64,000 nucleotides of DNA from Acidobacteriota bacterium (lineage in GTDB: Bacteria > Acidobacteriota > UBA6911 > RPQK01 > JADFOI01), in NCBI GenBank assembly GCA_963663035.1, contig OY760074.1:256001-320000 (forward strand), read 5' to 3'. Under the pieces are notes generated by a model. That model was not told where the DNA came from. It did not search any database and worked only from the letters and a program-made list of their open reading frames with translations. Numbering within the stretch: position 1 is the first letter of the stretch; every line of letters begins with the position of its first letter. The translations under genes and the position numbers were made by a program. Of the stretch, positions 38,690 through 50,679 are shown piece after piece.

Positions 38690-39874
38690 TTGTCCGATGA
38701 GGTATTTCCTTTGAAGAAGCTTCTTTTGATTCTATTTGTGGGAATGTTCCTGGCGGTGCTGGGTTTTCGTCTTTACCAGGAGCTGTCTGGAGGCGAGGTT
38801 GCGGCAGGCGGCGGACCCTTTGGAGGTGGCAGACCCTTTGAAGGTGAGGCGCCCTCCTTGCTGGTGGACATGGCTGTAGTCCAGACGCATCGCTTTGAAA
38901 CGACGCTTGAAATCCTGGGCGAGCTGGAACCCCAGGCTGAGGTGGCCGTGATGTCTCGGGTCAGCGGTCGTCTGCAGCAGGTTTTGGTGGAGCGCGGAGA
39001 GGCAGTCAAGGAAGGACAGCTGCTGGCCGTGGTGGACGATGTGGACTTACAGCAGCAGACCCACCGGGCCGAGGCGGCTATTGCCATTGCCCGTGCTGGA
39101 GTCAGCCGGGAACAGGCCACCTCCCGCAATTTACTCATCCAGGTTGAACGCTATCGGGACCTCCATAGAGAGGCACTGATTTCAACGCAGGAGATGGAAG
39201 AGCTGGAAAGCCGAGTGAGCGTCGCCCAGGCCCAGCTGGAGCTGGCGATGGCTCAAGTCCAGCAGGCCGAGGCCTCTTTAAGTGAGCTGAGAGTCCAGCA
39301 GGAACAAACCCAAATCTATTCGCCCCTGGAAGGATTCGTGGGTACCCGCTACCTGGATCCGGGAGCTCTGGTGAGTCCCAGTGTGTCGATTTTGTCTGTC
39401 TTGCAAGTGAGTCGGCTCAAGACGGTGGTACCTGTGTCTGAGAGAGCAATCCGACAGGTGCGGGTCGGCTTGCCTGCTGAGATTACTGTCGATGCCTATC
39501 CGGATCAAATACACAAGGGCACCCTCACCCGCATCACTCCTTTCCTGAACCCGGACACTCGCAGTGTGGACGTGGAAATCGAAGTTGCAAATCCCAACCA
39601 TACGTTAAAACCGGGAATGTTCGCCCGTGTGAAGATTGATGCCAGAATTCCCCGGGATGCTCTCAGCATTCCGCGCTCTGCACTCCTGACTCGCGGGAGT
39701 CAAAAAGGGGTGTATTTGCTCGACGAGGACATGACCACTGTCTTTCAATCCATCCAGATTGGCCAGATCAAAGGGGACGTGGTGGAGGTGCTTGACGGGT
39801 TAGAAGAAGGTGATGGAGTTGTGAGTGCGGGAGCTCAGAGCCTGAACGAGGGGGACCTGGTGAGGCTGCCATGA
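38690..39874 (+). CDS. RND efflux membrane fusion protein
   Basis: SRVSG..VERGE.V..GQLLA, IYSPLEG, LKPGMF. Confidence 0.9.
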   Translation: MSDEVFPLKKLLLILFVGMFLAVLGFRLYQELSGGEVAAGGGPFGGGRPFEGEAPSLLVDMAVVQTHRFETTLEILGELEPQAEVAVMSRVSGRLQQVLVERGEAVKEGQLLAVVDDVDLQQQTHRAEAAIAIARAGVSREQATSRNLLIQVERYRDLHREALISTQEMEELESRVSVAQAQLELAMAQVQQAEASLSELRVQQEQTQIYSPLEGFVGTRYLDPGALVSPSVSILSVLQVSRLKTVVPVSERAIRQVRVGLPAEITVDAYPDQIHKGTLTRITPFLNPDTRSVDVEIEVANPNHTLKPGMFARVKIDARIPRDALSIPRSALLTRGSQKGVYLLDEDMTTVFQSIQIGQIKGDVVEVLDGLEEGDGVVSAGAQSLNEGDLVRLP

Positions 39875-42800
39875 ATCTTCCTGATTTAGCGATTCGTCGT
39901 CCCGTTTTCATCACTGTTGTTTTTCTCATCGTTACGCTCCTGGGTGGGATCTCATTCTGGCAGCTTCCGGTCGATTTGATGCCGGATGTCTCTTTCCCGA
40001 CCCTTTCGGTTCAAACCAGTTATTCCGGTGTTGGGCCTGAGGAGATGGAAGAGCTGGTCAGCATTCCACTGGAGCGGGCACTTTCCTCGACTCCGGGGGT
40101 TGAGGAAATCACTTCCACATCCTCGGAGGGAAGCAGTCAGATTCGTTTGTCCTTTTCCTGGGGCACTGACCTGGATTCTGCCTCTGACGAAATCCGAACC
40201 CGGCTCGATCGGGTACGTGGCCAACTTCCCGAAGATGCCAGCGCTCCCACCGTATTCAAGTTTGATGTGAGTGCCTTCCCCATCATGTTTTTGGGTATTT
40301 CCGGGGACATGAATCCACGAGAGCTGAGGGAGTTTACCGACAGGCAGCTTCAATATCGGTTTGAACGGATTCCGGGAGTTGCCCAGGCCGATGTCTGGGG
40401 CGGATTAGAGCGTGAGATCCACGTTAATCTGGACCGTGCCAAGCTGCATGCACTTCGGATTAGCCCCGCCCAGGTCATGGCGGCGTTGCGCCGCGAGAAC
40501 GTGAATGAGCCGGTTGGAAAGGTTGTGGAAGGCGATTTTGAAGTGCTGATGCGCACTGCAGGAGAGTATGTCTCTCTGGGGGAGATCGAGCGAACCATGG
40601 TGACGCTGCGACAGGGACAGCCGGTGTACGTGGACGACATTGCCCAGGTGGAGGACAGTTCACAGGAAATTCGAAATGTGGTGCGAGTCAATGGCCTCCC
40701 TGGACTCCGGATGGGGGTCTGGAAGCAGGCAGGAGTCAACACGGTGGAGGTGGCCAAAGAAGTCCAGAAGGAAATCGAGAGAGCCAACCGTGATTTTCCA
40801 CAGATTCAGATTAGCTCGATTATCGACACTTCCACCTTCATAGAAAGTGCCGTGGCAAACGTGAGGAACGTTGCCCTGTATGGCTCCGTTCTGGCGGTTT
40901 TCATCCTCCTGCTTTTTCTTCGGAATTTACGAAGTACGCTGGTGGTCGCTATTTCCATTCCTATCTCGGTGATCGCCGCCTTCGGTTTGATGTATTTCTA
41001 CGGGTTTACTTTGAACATCATCACCTTCGGAGGGATGGCCTTGGGAGTCGGCGTTCTGGTGGATAACGCCATCGTCGTGCTGGAGAACATCTTCCGACAC
41101 CGACAGGATGGCATGGAGAAGAAGGAAGCAGCCCGCCAGGGCACCCAAGAAGTGGCCATGGCCATCACCGCCTCCACTTTGACGACCATTGTTGTGTTCT
41201 TACCGGTCGTCTTTATAAGTGGTGTGGCGGGAATCATTTTTCAGCAGCTGGCCTGGGTGGTGTCTTTTTCGCTCTTCAGTTCACTGTTGGTGTCCCTCAC
41301 CCTGATTCCCCTTCTTTCCAGTCGATTTGTTCGGGTCAGGGAACCCAATCCTGACAGCTGGAGCTACGGGCTGGTTCACAGAATGTCTGTGTGGTTGGAA
41401 GCTCTCGACAAAAGTTATGCCCGCGCCATTGGGTTCTCTCTGAGGCATCGGGGGCTGATCATTGGCGCAACCCTGGCCTTGTTGTTTTCCAGTTTCTTGC
41501 TCCTGCCATTTATCGGGTTGGAGTTGGAGCCACAAACGGATCAGGGTGAGGTTCAAATTAATCTGGAGCTGCCGGAAGGAACCCGGCTCGAGGTCACCGA
41601 GCAGTTTGCTCTTCGTGCCGAGGAGATTATTCAGGAGCAGGTACCGGAGGTCGTAAACCTCATGACCGAGGTGGGCTCAAGCGGTGGTTGGCAAAGTGCC
41701 AGTGTCCACACGGCCTCGATCCGTTTGAGTCTGGTTCCTCAGTCGGAGCGAGTGCGGAGTAGTCAGGAAATTGCTCAGGCCCTGCAGCCGGCTTTTGACC
41801 AGTTCCCCGGTGTGATTTCACGAATCCGTGCCGGAGGAGGCGGTTTTATGATGCGAAGGGGTCAGGGTGGTGGAGACCGCCTGTCCCTGAACATTCGAGG
41901 CTATGACATATCCGAGAGTGGCGCCCTGGCGGTCCGGCTCAAGAGGTTGATGGAATCGATTGAAGGGGTCTCGGATGCCCGTCTCAGTCGAAGTGCTGGG
42001 CGTCCCGAAAGCCAAATTCTGATCGACCGAGACAAGGCGGCAACCATGGGACTTTCAGTCTCTGATATCGCCACCACCATCCGGACCAGTGTTGGGGGTA
42101 CAACGGCCACTTATTACAGAGAAGGAGGCGAGGAGTACCGGATTCTGGTCCGTTACCAGGAAAAAGACCGGTTGAGCAGCGAAGATGTGATGGCCATTCC
42201 CATCCAGACCCCCAGCGGACTGGTGGTCCCGCTCCGATCTCTGGTCCGATTGGAACGCAGTGAGGGCCCTCTGGCGATCCAGCGAAAGGATCAGCAGAGA
42301 ATCGTCACTGTTTCGGGCAACCTCTCAGGATCGCGTGACCTGGGATCTGTTGTGGCGGAGTTAGAAGGAAAAATTCGCTCTCTGAATGTGCCTCCTGGTA
42401 TGGCCATTGTTTTTACCGGTGAGTGGGAAGAACAGCAGGAGGCATTCTTCTACCTCCAGCTCAGTTTCCTCCTGGCCGTGCTCCTGGTTTACCTGGTCAT
42501 GGCCGCCCAGTTCGAGTCCTTCAAATATCCCTTTCTGATCATGTTCTCCCTACCCCTGGCCTCCATTGGGGTGATCATGGCGCTCTTTCTGACCGATACG
42601 ACCTTTAGTATTCAAGCTTTCGTAGGCGTGATCATGCTGGTGGGGATCGCCGTGAACAATGCCATCGTGATGGTGGATTATGTCCTGCAGCTCCAGCGCA
42701 ATCACGGATTCTCTCTGGTGGATTCTCTGGTGACGGGAGGGCGTCGGCGACTGCGCCCCATCCTGATGACAACGCTCACCACAGTTTTAGGACTGACGCC

Positions 42801-42999
42801 CATGGCCCTGGGCATTGGCGAGGGATCAGAACTGCAGGCTCCAATGGCTCGGGTTCTGATTGGCGGGCTCATTTCCTCTACCTTCATTACCCTGTTCCTT
42901 GTACCCACTCTCTTTATGACCATGGAGAGAGTGCGCTTCGGGCGTGGCCAGAAAAAAATGACCTCTGCAGCCGAACCTGCCATGGGCCAGGCCTCGTGA
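39871..42999 (+). CDS. RND efflux permease (AcrB/HAE1-like)
   Basis: [28 protein letters not shown]; 1042 aa. Confidence 0.95.
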   Translation: MNLPDLAIRRPVFITVVFLIVTLLGGISFWQLPVDLMPDVSFPTLSVQTSYSGVGPEEMEELVSIPLERALSSTPGVEEITSTSSEGSSQIRLSFSWGTDLDSASDEIRTRLDRVRGQLPEDASAPTVFKFDVSAFPIMFLGISGDMNPRELREFTDRQLQYRFERIPGVAQADVWGGLEREIHVNLDRAKLHALRISPAQVMAALRRENVNEPVGKVVEGDFEVLMRTAGEYVSLGEIERTMVTLRQGQPVYVDDIAQVEDSSQEIRNVVRVNGLPGLRMGVWKQAGVNTVEVAKEVQKEIERANRDFPQIQISSIIDTSTFIESAVANVRNVALYGSVLAVFILLLFLRNLRSTLVVAISIPISVIAAFGLMYFYGFTLNIITFGGMALGVGVLVDNAIVVLENIFRHRQDGMEKKEAARQGTQEVAMAITASTLTTIVVFLPVVFISGVAGIIFQQLAWVVSFSLFSSLLVSLTLIPLLSSRFVRVREPNPDSWSYGLVHRMSVWLEALDKSYARAIGFSLRHRGLIIGATLALLFSSFLLLPFIGLELEPQTDQGEVQINLELPEGTRLEVTEQFALRAEEIIQEQVPEVVNLMTEVGSSGGWQSASVHTASIRLSLVPQSERVRSSQEIAQALQPAFDQFPGVISRIRAGGGGFMMRRGQGGGDRLSLNIRGYDISESGALAVRLKRLMESIEGVSDARLSRSAGRPESQILIDRDKAATMGLSVSDIATTIRTSVGGTTATYYREGGEEYRILVRYQEKDRLSSEDVMAIPIQTPSGLVVPLRSLVRLERSEGPLAIQRKDQQRIVTVSGNLSGSRDLGSVVAELEGKIRSLNVPPGMAIVFTGEWEEQQEAFFYLQLSFLLAVLLVYLVMAAQFESFKYPFLIMFSLPLASIGVIMALFLTDTTFSIQAFVGVIMLVGIAVNNAIVMVDYVLQLQRNHGFSLVDSLVTGGRRRLRPILMTTLTTVLGLTPMALGIGEGSELQAPMARVLIGGLISSTFITLFLVPTLFMTMERVRFGRGQKKMTSAAEPAMGQAS

Positions 43000-44711
43000 G
43001 TGAACAGCAGCCTCCCTCTTCGGATTTCATCCGGGCGACAATCCAGGAAGACTTGAAGGCCAACAAGCACCAGGGCCGAGTCGTGACTCGATTTCCACCT
43101 GAGCCCAACGGCTATCTGCACATAGGACACGCTAAATCGATCTGCCTCAACTTCGGGGTGGCCTCCGAGAGCGAAGGAGGTGTCTGCAACTTGCGCTTCG
43201 ATGACACCAATCCCAGCAAGGAGGAGGTCGAATATGAGGATTCAATCAAAGAAGACGTTCGCTGGCTGGGATTTGATTGGAGTGACCGGCTCTTCCACGC
43301 ATCGGACTATTTTGAGCAGCTGTATCAATACGGGGTGCAGTTGATCCAACTGGGAAAGGCCTACGTGTGCAGCCTGAGCGCCGAGGAAATTCGAGAGTAC
43401 CGCGGCACTTTGACTGAGCCTGGCAAGGACAGTCCCTATCGGACGCGATCGGTCGAGGAGAACCTGGAACTGTTCCGAGGCATGCGGGAGGGAGAGTGCG
43501 AGGACGGCTCGCAGGTCCTTCGAGCAAAAATTGACATGGCTTCTCCCAATCTCAATATGAGAGATCCAACCCTGTACCGAATTCGACGGGTGGCGCACCA
43601 CAGGTCCGGCGACAAGTGGTGCATTTATCCGATGTACGACTATGCTCATTGCCTGTCGGACTCCATCGAGGAGATCACTCATTCTCTCTGTACCCTCGAA
43701 TTTGAAGATCATCGTCCGCTCTATGATTGGGTGCTTGACCAGTTGAAGCTCGATTCTCATCCTCAGCAGATCGAGTTCGCACGGCTCAATCTCAGCTACA
43801 CCATCTTGAGCAAGCGAAAGCTTCTGGAGTTGGTGAAGGAAGGTCATGTCACAGGTTGGGATGATCCCAGGATGCCGACTCTCAGTGGGCTGCGGCGACG
43901 TGGGTATACGCCGGAGGCCATCCGCAACTTCTGTGAGCAGATTGGTGTGGCCAAAAGGAACACTGTGGTGAGCGTGGCGCTGTTGGAGCACCACCTTCGG
44001 GAGGATTTGAATCGACGGTCTCCGCGTGTCATGGGCGTGCTGAATCCACTGAAGGTGGTCATCGACAACTATCCGGAGGACCAGGTGGAAGATCTGGATG
44101 CCGTGAACAATCCGGAGGATTCCACTATGGGTTCGCGGAAGGTCCCTTTTTCTCGGGTGCTGTACATCGAGCAGGAGGATTTTCGCGAGGACCCGCCCAA
44201 AAAGTTCTATCGCCTGGCCCCCGGTCGTGAGGTGCGACTGCGATACGCCTACTATATTCAATGCGTGGGGGTAGTGAAGGATGAGAAGACGGGCCAGGTG
44301 GTCGAATTGCACTGTACCTATGATCCGGAGACGCGAGGCGGCTCTTCTCCAGATGGACGCAAGGTTAAGGCGACCATCCACTGGGTTTCAGCAGCCCACT
44401 CTCTCGAGGCCGAAGTACGCCTGTACGATCGTCTGTTCCTGCAAGAAAATCCAGGCGGTGCAAAAGATGGTGCTGATTTCCGGGCTTCACTGAATCCAAA
44501 TTCACTGGAGACCTTGACCTCTTGCCGTGTAGAGCCTAGTCTGGAGGGCGCGCCACCGGGAAGTCGATACCAGTTTGAGAGACGGGGCTATTTCTGTGTC
44601 GATTCAGTTGATTCTTCCCAGGAAGCACTGGTGTTCAACCGGACAGTGACCTTACGGGACTCCTGGGCCAAGATCGAGCGACAAATGCAGCAGCATCAAA
44701 AGAGAAAGTAA
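42996..44711 (+). CDS. glnS: Glutamine--tRNA ligase
   Basis: [40 protein letters not shown]. Confidence 0.97.
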   Translation: MSEQQPPSSDFIRATIQEDLKANKHQGRVVTRFPPEPNGYLHIGHAKSICLNFGVASESEGGVCNLRFDDTNPSKEEVEYEDSIKEDVRWLGFDWSDRLFHASDYFEQLYQYGVQLIQLGKAYVCSLSAEEIREYRGTLTEPGKDSPYRTRSVEENLELFRGMREGECEDGSQVLRAKIDMASPNLNMRDPTLYRIRRVAHHRSGDKWCIYPMYDYAHCLSDSIEEITHSLCTLEFEDHRPLYDWVLDQLKLDSHPQQIEFARLNLSYTILSKRKLLELVKEGHVTGWDDPRMPTLSGLRRRGYTPEAIRNFCEQIGVAKRNTVVSVALLEHHLREDLNRRSPRVMGVLNPLKVVIDNYPEDQVEDLDAVNNPEDSTMGSRKVPFSRVLYIEQEDFREDPPKKFYRLAPGREVRLRYAYYIQCVGVVKDEKTGQVVELHCTYDPETRGGSSPDGRKVKATIHWVSAAHSLEAEVRLYDRLFLQENPGGAKDGADFRASLNPNSLETLTSCRVEPSLEGAPPGSRYQFERRGYFCVDSVDSSQEALVFNRTVTLRDSWAKIERQMQQHQKRK

Positions 44712-44714
44712 GCA

Positions 44715-44892
44715 AGCCCGGACAATGCATTGGTTCTCGTCATGAAGCGGCGAAAGCGCCGGAAAACAGAGCCGTGGGCTAAAGCCTGCGGCTCCGACTG
44801 GCGCGCGAGGGGTACCCGGCTGCGGGTCGCGCAACGCCGGCAGGGCGGATGATTTCGCCGCTGCAGTAGAGAATTTATGCATAGTCCGGGCT
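44715..44892 (-). repeat. Family A element (reverse) carrying an inserted family B hairpin
   Basis: TIR agcccggacaatgcat...atgcatagtccgggct; B hairpin at 44767-44797. Confidence 0.8.
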
Positions 44893-44908
44893 GGAAAAGG
44901 GGGAGCAC

Positions 44909-46456
44909 ATGGGGTGGGAGGATTTCGAAGAAACCAAGAAGAGACTGACGGCTGCTGAGATTCGCTTTGAGGAGATTCGGCGCAGCCTTGGACTGGTTCT
45001 GGGGCCACTGGCTTTTGTGGTGATTGCTTTCCTGCTCCCAACCCTTCCCGATGTCGCACCTGTGGGGATGAGGACCCTGGGAATCTTTTCCTGGGTTGTG
45101 ATCTGGTGGATTACTGAAGCGATCCCTATTCCTATGTCGGGACTTTTCGGTCTTGCGCTGCTGGCGCTGTGCGGTGTTTTCCCCGTGGCCCAGGCCTTTT
45201 CCTCCATGGGACACTGGGTCATCTTATTTTTACTGGGTGCTTTCATTATCGCCCACGCCATGACGGTCACCGGGCTCAACCGGAGGTTTGCCTATCGGAT
45301 GATCTCCTTTGAGTTCATTCAAGGTGATCCCTGGCGGTTGATGGTGATGTTTCTCATCGCGGTGACGATGCTGAGCTCCATAGCCTCCGACACTGTGTCA
45401 ACGGTTATCTTCATGGCCATTGCCATGGGCCTGCTGCAAGCTCTCAATATTGCCTCGGGCAGTCGCTTTGGTGAAATGTTCATTCTTTCCATTGCCTGGG
45501 CGGCTCTTTATGGCGGCATGATCACCCCGGCTGGCTCCCCTCCCAATCTGATTGGAATCGGCCTGGTCAGTGAGGCCCTGGATTACCAAATCGGATTTGC
45601 CCGCTGGAGCATGGTGGGCTTTCCGATGGCGGTTGTCGGCATCCTCGTCATGCTGACGGTCATCCGATTTGCTTTGAAGGACGAGTTCGGGAAGATTCAT
45701 ATCGATCCAGAAATTATCCGCAGAGAGCGTGAAAAAAGAGGTCCCGTGACGCGGGGGGAGAAAATTGCCGGATTGGGGATGCTGACGGCTATCATTTTTT
45801 GGCTTGTTCCTGACATTGCCAGCCTCATCTTAGGCAGCACTCATGCATTGAGTCTTTGGATTCGGGTTCACCTGAATGTGGCAGTGGTGGCACTGATCGT
45901 GGCCACCTCGATGTTCGTGATTCCAATCAATTGGAAGGAAAAGAAATTTCCTCTCACCTGGAATCAGGCAGTTGAGGGAATAGAATGGGGAACTCTGGCG
46001 CTGGTTGCAGGCGCTCTGGGGATTGGAAGTGCTCTTGCCAACTCTGAGGTAGGCTTGGGCAACTTTTTTGCATCCTCGCTGGGGAACTTTGCCGGTCCCG
46101 GAACGTCTCCTTTCATTCCCCTCTTCGTGATCGTTCTCTTCATGGTCTTTATCACCAGCTTCATATCCAACAACGCAGCCATCAGCATTGTGGCCCCGAT
46201 TGTCATTGCCATTGGCTCCGCCCCGGGATCGACTCTAAATCCCATAGCTGCCGTCATGGCGGCCGCCATGGCCGCTTCCATGTCCGTAATTCTCCCCTGC
46301 TCGACCCCGGCTACTGCGATCGTTTTCGGTAGCGGCTACGTTCGAATTCTGACCATGTTCAAGAATGGAATGATTCTGGCGCTCACCGGGGTCTTGATGG
46401 CGACCTTTATTGCCTATATCATTGCGGATCTTGTTTTCCCCTGGCCGCTGCCTTAA
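44909..46456 (+). CDS. SLC13/DASS family transporter
   Basis: WWITEAIP, GGMITPAGSPPN, SNNA, LPCSTPA. Confidence 0.9.
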   Translation: MGWEDFEETKKRLTAAEIRFEEIRRSLGLVLGPLAFVVIAFLLPTLPDVAPVGMRTLGIFSWVVIWWITEAIPIPMSGLFGLALLALCGVFPVAQAFSSMGHWVILFLLGAFIIAHAMTVTGLNRRFAYRMISFEFIQGDPWRLMVMFLIAVTMLSSIASDTVSTVIFMAIAMGLLQALNIASGSRFGEMFILSIAWAALYGGMITPAGSPPNLIGIGLVSEALDYQIGFARWSMVGFPMAVVGILVMLTVIRFALKDEFGKIHIDPEIIRREREKRGPVTRGEKIAGLGMLTAIIFWLVPDIASLILGSTHALSLWIRVHLNVAVVALIVATSMFVIPINWKEKKFPLTWNQAVEGIEWGTLALVAGALGIGSALANSEVGLGNFFASSLGNFAGPGTSPFIPLFVIVLFMVFITSFISNNAAISIVAPIVIAIGSAPGSTLNPIAAVMAAAMAASMSVILPCSTPATAIVFGSGYVRILTMFKNGMILALTGVLMATFIAYIIADLVFPWPLP

Positions 46457-46476
46457 GTAGAGAAGGAGAAGGATTC

Positions 46477-47715
46477 ATGCCGAAAGTTAACTTGCCGCTG
46501 GTACCGCTGGAAGAGAGAGATCGCCGCTGGGCACTGATTCGGAAGGATATGGAGGAGGAAGATCTGGATGCTCTCTTTCTTTGGGGCAGCAACCGCTCTT
46601 GGGGTGTCGGCCTGGCCAACCTCCGATACGTCACTCACATGGGGTGCAGAGAGGGAGTCGCCATCTTTCCCTTTGAAGGCAATCCTAAGTGTTTTACCAG
46701 CAACCCTCATCACTACCAGCCCTACAATTTTTTCACTTCGGTACAGAACTGGGTGGATGACATTGAACCTATGACGGGAACGGAACCCATTGTGGAGGCT
46801 CTGCGAACCATGGGACTGGCCGGGGCAAGGATAGGTGTTGTGGATCATGTGGGGGCATTGAGTCACCACTCGCTACCTTATTGGCCTTTCAAGAAGATTC
46901 AGGACGAGCTACCCCAAGCGCACTTTGTGGATGCAACTTCGCTTTTGGAAAAGATTCGCATGATCAAGAGCCCGGTGGAAATCGAGTTCTTGAAAGAAGC
47001 AGGCAAAATCGGTATGAAGATGCTCGATCGGATGATCGTTTCCTCGAAAGAAGGAGTGAATGAACGGGTTGTGTATGGTGACATGATGCGTGAGCTGGTT
47101 GTGAACGGGGGTGAAGATTATGCCATGAACCTTTTCACAACGGGGTCTGCCGTTGACTCCGAACAGCAGCATCTGCTGCACGGGAAAGAGGTTCCCAATA
47201 CTCCCGTTGACCGGGTCCTCAAGAAAGGGGATCTGGTGATGACCGAGTTCCATGCAAATTACGGGGGCTATCTGGTGGGCATCGAAGACACGATCTCGGT
47301 TGGAGAACCTCCCCAACAAGTTCGGGAAATTCACAAAGTTTGCGTCGAGGTGTTCCAGAATGGGGTGGACAGCATGCGACCGGGAAAAACCTTGCGCCAG
47401 GTAGTCGACGCCTTTCGAGCTCCGGTCAAGCAGGCTGGAATGGATTATATTGAGTGCGGCATCCATGGGCACGGGATGTCCTCTCCTGAATTCCCCAGTT
47501 GCGTTTATTCTTCAGACTCCGACCATCAAGGACTATCCGGAGCGGGTTTTCTTTCCATGGAGCTTCAGGAAGGTATGGTTTTCGGCACCAATATCGACGT
47601 CTTGGATCCGAGCTGGAGACCAGACGTGGGTGTCATGCTGGGTGATACCATCTGGGTCAGTAAGGATGGGCCCCAACAGCTCTGTGGGATTCCGCTGGAG
47701 TGGGCGGTGGTCTAG
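46477..47715 (+). CDS. M24 (pita-bread) family protein, creatinase-like
   Basis: RMIKSPVEIE, HGHG, GMVF; most metal ligands are substituted. Confidence 0.8.
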   Translation: MPKVNLPLVPLEERDRRWALIRKDMEEEDLDALFLWGSNRSWGVGLANLRYVTHMGCREGVAIFPFEGNPKCFTSNPHHYQPYNFFTSVQNWVDDIEPMTGTEPIVEALRTMGLAGARIGVVDHVGALSHHSLPYWPFKKIQDELPQAHFVDATSLLEKIRMIKSPVEIEFLKEAGKIGMKMLDRMIVSSKEGVNERVVYGDMMRELVVNGGEDYAMNLFTTGSAVDSEQQHLLHGKEVPNTPVDRVLKKGDLVMTEFHANYGGYLVGIEDTISVGEPPQQVREIHKVCVEVFQNGVDSMRPGKTLRQVVDAFRAPVKQAGMDYIECGIHGHGMSSPEFPSCVYSSDSDHQGLSGAGFLSMELQEGMVFGTNIDVLDPSWRPDVGVMLGDTIWVSKDGPQQLCGIPLEWAVV

Positions 47716-47911
47716 AGCCGGGATTATGCATAGGTTTTCTACTGCAGTGCCGCAATCATCCACGCTCACTGCGTTGTGCTTCCTTGGGCTCCTCGGCGTA
47801 CTGCAAGAGTACGCCTGCGGGGCCCGACCCGTGGCGGGTACCCCTCGCACGCCTTGTCATCGCGGCGCCTGCGGCACTTCGTCACGAAAACTTATGCATA
47901 ACCCCGGCTAG
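47716..47911 (+). repeat. Family A element carrying an inserted family C hairpin
   Basis: Family A TIRs; 46-bp insert at 47780-47825; right CTA is the stop of the convergent gene. Confidence 0.85.
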
Positions 47912-48618
47912 AGCCGGACCTGCATGCAGTGATTCATCACTGGAGCCACTTCCTGCAGTATTGCCAATATGCCTTCGACCAGGTCCGAGCCTGTCGAGCC
48001 TCTGATCTCATCGGCTGCCATCGGATAATACAACTGGAAGACAACCCACTCCTGGTCCGGACATCCCGTTAAGGCACGCCGCAACTCAACCGCGCTGGGG
48101 AAATTCAAACGCGAATAGCGAATATAAGTCTGGCGGCTGCCGGCGTGAAGGTGAAAGTTGTCTTCCATCACCAGCCGCCGAAGCTCCCGATACAGCCTCG
48201 ACCGGTCCCTCAATCGGCTGATGAGCCGATGCCAGTCCCAATCTGCCTGCAATTGAAAAGCGGGGCGCTGGCCCTGATCTTTTCCGAATCCTCGCTCCAC
48301 GTGAAGTCCCGACTGGAAAGTGGCTTCTTCCCGATCAATCTTGATGAAGAATTTGGAACAGCTGAAATTATGGCTGTTGGACAGGGGCTTGGCGATTCGG
48401 TTCGCCTTGGGCAGAAAGCAGATCCACTGCCAGTAGACCCCTCTTCCGTAGCGATCGATCACAAAGTCCTGCTCATAGCGGGCCTGGAGGCTCCACTTGA
48501 GTATCTGGGTGATTCGTTGATGAGGTTCCAGGTGACCGACCCGGATTCCTTTCTGAAAATCCAAAAATTCGGGTTGGAAACCATCCAGACGCATAGGCGA
48601 AACAGAAGCACGCTGCAT
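47908..48618 (-). CDS. Hypothetical protein
   Basis: 236-aa ORF filling the gap; no family recognised. Confidence 0.6.
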   Translation of the reverse strand: MQRASVSPMRLDGFQPEFLDFQKGIRVGHLEPHQRITQILKWSLQARYEQDFVIDRYGRGVYWQWICFLPKANRIAKPLSNSHNFSCSKFFIKIDREEATFQSGLHVERGFGKDQGQRPAFQLQADWDWHRLISRLRDRSRLYRELRRLVMEDNFHLHAGSRQTYIRYSRLNFPSAVELRRALTGCPDQEWVVFQLYYPMAADEIRGSTGSDLVEGILAILQEVAPVMNHCMQVRL

Positions 48619-48688
48619 TATAGCGGTCAGAGAGCGGAGTCTCCAGAGACCCCCTCGTCACCATGACGGCTTGTCAGGTGACCAGATG

Positions 48689-48764
48689 GCCCGTGGGCTG
48701 AAGCCCACGGCTCTGACTGATCCTCATTAGCTCCCATCAGAGCCGCAGGCTTTAGCCTGCGGGC
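48689..48764. repeat. Family B REP-like doublet (inverted pair)
   Basis: gcccgtgggctgaagcccacggctctga ... tcagagccgcaggctttagcctgcgggc. Confidence 0.85.
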
Positions 48765-48924
48765 CTCCGGCCAGCAAAGGGAGCTGCTGTTAACGAGACC
48801 CCCTCCAACCTGGTCAGCTAACAACTTGTTAAACTGTAGCCTGTGGCGAGCCACCTGTGGCAAGCCACCGTTGGTGGGCCGTCAACTCGCTGCTGCAGGA
48901 CTCGATGGTGGGAGTGGATCTCCT

Positions 48925-50679
48925 ATGGACAAAAGCTCGACCGAGCACAAGCAAGGTGGTCTGACCGAACTTCCGGCAACTGCCATCTGTGGAAACGACA
49001 TCACCTCCTCCTGCCTGTACGTCTCTGCTCTTGCCATCATTCAAGCCGGTAAGTGGGCATGGCTTGCGTTGTTGATTGTGGCTGCAGTCCTCTTTCTTTA
49101 CCGAAAGATTTACGCTGAGGTGGTTGGCGCACTTCCCCTCAACGGAGGTGCCTATAACGCTTTGTTGAACACCACCAGCAAGTCGCTGGCCTCAATGGCA
49201 GCCTGTCTGACTTTGCTCTCCTACATGGCTACGGCCGTCATTTCGGCCAGCGAAGCTATGCATTACGCTCATAACCTCTTGAATAGTCTTCCTGTGATAC
49301 CCGCTACCATCGTGCTCCTGGCGATTTTTATGGTACTCAGCATAGTGGGAATCCGAGAGGTGTCGCAAGTCGCAGTGGTCATTTTTATTACTCATCTGAG
49401 CACTATGGCGCTTCTGATCATCACAGGAGTCCTTTTTATAGCATTTAACGGTCTGGACACACTCTATGCCAATTTCGCAATGCCCACAGCACGCGGCATT
49501 GGCCCGGCAATCTTTTTCGGATTTGCTGCTGCCATGCTGGGGATATCGGGATTCGAGAGCTCGGCCAACTTTGTTGAGGAACAGCGCCAAGGCGTCTTCA
49601 CGAAGACGCTGAGAAACATGTGGATTTCAGTGAGCGTCCTCAACCCGATCATGGCCTTTCTTGCCCTGTCACTGGTTCCCATTTCCGAGGTTCCCACTCA
49701 TCAGGAAGCACTGCTTGCTCATATGGGTGCAGTCTCCGGTGGTAATTGGTTAGCCTGGTTGATCTCGCTTGATGCCGCCCTGGTACTCAGCGGTGCTGTG
49801 CTGACTTCCTACGTTGGGGTCACTGGACTGGTCAAGCGAATGACACTGGATCGCTGTTTGCCCCAGTTTCTTCTCAAAACTAACCGGTTTCAGACCCCTC
49901 ACCGCATCATCATCGGATTTTTTCTGCTGGGAGTCTCGGTCCTTGCCATCACCCGTGGAGAGTTGGGTGCTCTGGCCGGAGTCTACACCATCTCCTTCTT
50001 GGCGGTGATGATCCTCTTCGGGGTGGGCAACATCCTTCTGAAGGTCAACCGGGCACGTCTCCGTCGCCCCGAACACTCCTCCTGGCCAGCGCTCCTTTTT
50101 GCCATCTCTTTGACGTTGGCCGGACTGGTCGGAAATGTTCTCATGAGCCCGGCCTACCTGGTTGTTTTTTTGGAGTACTTCATTCCAGCGGCCCTGGTCG
50201 TGTTAATCATGTTAGGACGAATTGGAATCCTGAAAGCGTGTTTATTCCTGATTAGAGCAGTGAGTGAGACCGTGGGCAGAGCGACCTCCCACTTTTCACG
50301 AGCGATTCGCTTGAGGATCGAGCAGATCAATTCACAACAGGTGGTTTTCTTCACGCGAGGGGACCACATCTCCAATTTGAATAGAGCTGTTCTCTATGTG
50401 AAGCGAAACGAGCACTCCAACCGTATCAGGATTGTGACCGTGGTCAAAGACGACAGCGAAGTTTCCCAGAGGATCAAGGATGACCTCGAGTTTCTGGATA
50501 GGACCTATCCGGACATCGAGATAGAGTTCCTTGTCTTGAAGGGAAAATTCGGGCCGGACCTGATCGAAGAATTGTCCCAGAAATGGGGAATCCCGGCCAA
50601 TTTTATGTTCATTGGGTCCCCGGGCGATCATTTCCTCTATGGCCTCGCCGAGCTCGGTGGAGTAAGATTGATCATCTAA
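48925..50679 (+). CDS. APC-family amino acid permease with C-terminal soluble domain
   Basis: GNDITSSCLY, NGGAY, SGFES; about 12 TM segments; start moved to ATG 48925. Confidence 0.85.
   Translation: MDKSSTEHKQGGLTELPATAICGNDITSSCLYVSALAIIQAGKWAWLALLIVAAVLFLYRKIYAEVVGALPLNGGAYNALLNTTSKSLASMAACLTLLSYMATAVISASEAMHYAHNLLNSLPVIPATIVLLAIFMVLSIVGIREVSQVAVVIFITHLSTMALLIITGVLFIAFNGLDTLYANFAMPTARGIGPAIFFGFAAAMLGISGFESSANFVEEQRQGVFTKTLRNMWISVSVLNPIMAFLALSLVPISEVPTHQEALLAHMGAVSGGNWLAWLISLDAALVLSGAVLTSYVGVTGLVKRMTLDRCLPQFLLKTNRFQTPHRIIIGFFLLGVSVLAITRGELGALAGVYTISFLAVMILFGVGNILLKVNRARLRRPEHSSWPALLFAISLTLAGLVGNVLMSPAYLVVFLEYFIPAALVVLIMLGRIGILKACLFLIRAVSETVGRATSHFSRAIRLRIEQINSQQVVFFTRGDHISNLNRAVLYVKRNEHSNRIRIVTVVKDDSEVSQRIKDDLEFLDRTYPDIEIEFLVLKGKFGPDLIEELSQKWGIPANFMFIGSPGDHFLYGLAELGGVRLII

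Noticed and set aside
43242-44381. Long antisense ORFs (this one, 5959-6885, 62244-63173 and others)
   Set aside because: They are shadow frames of well-supported genes in GC-rich DNA and have no recognisable motifs.
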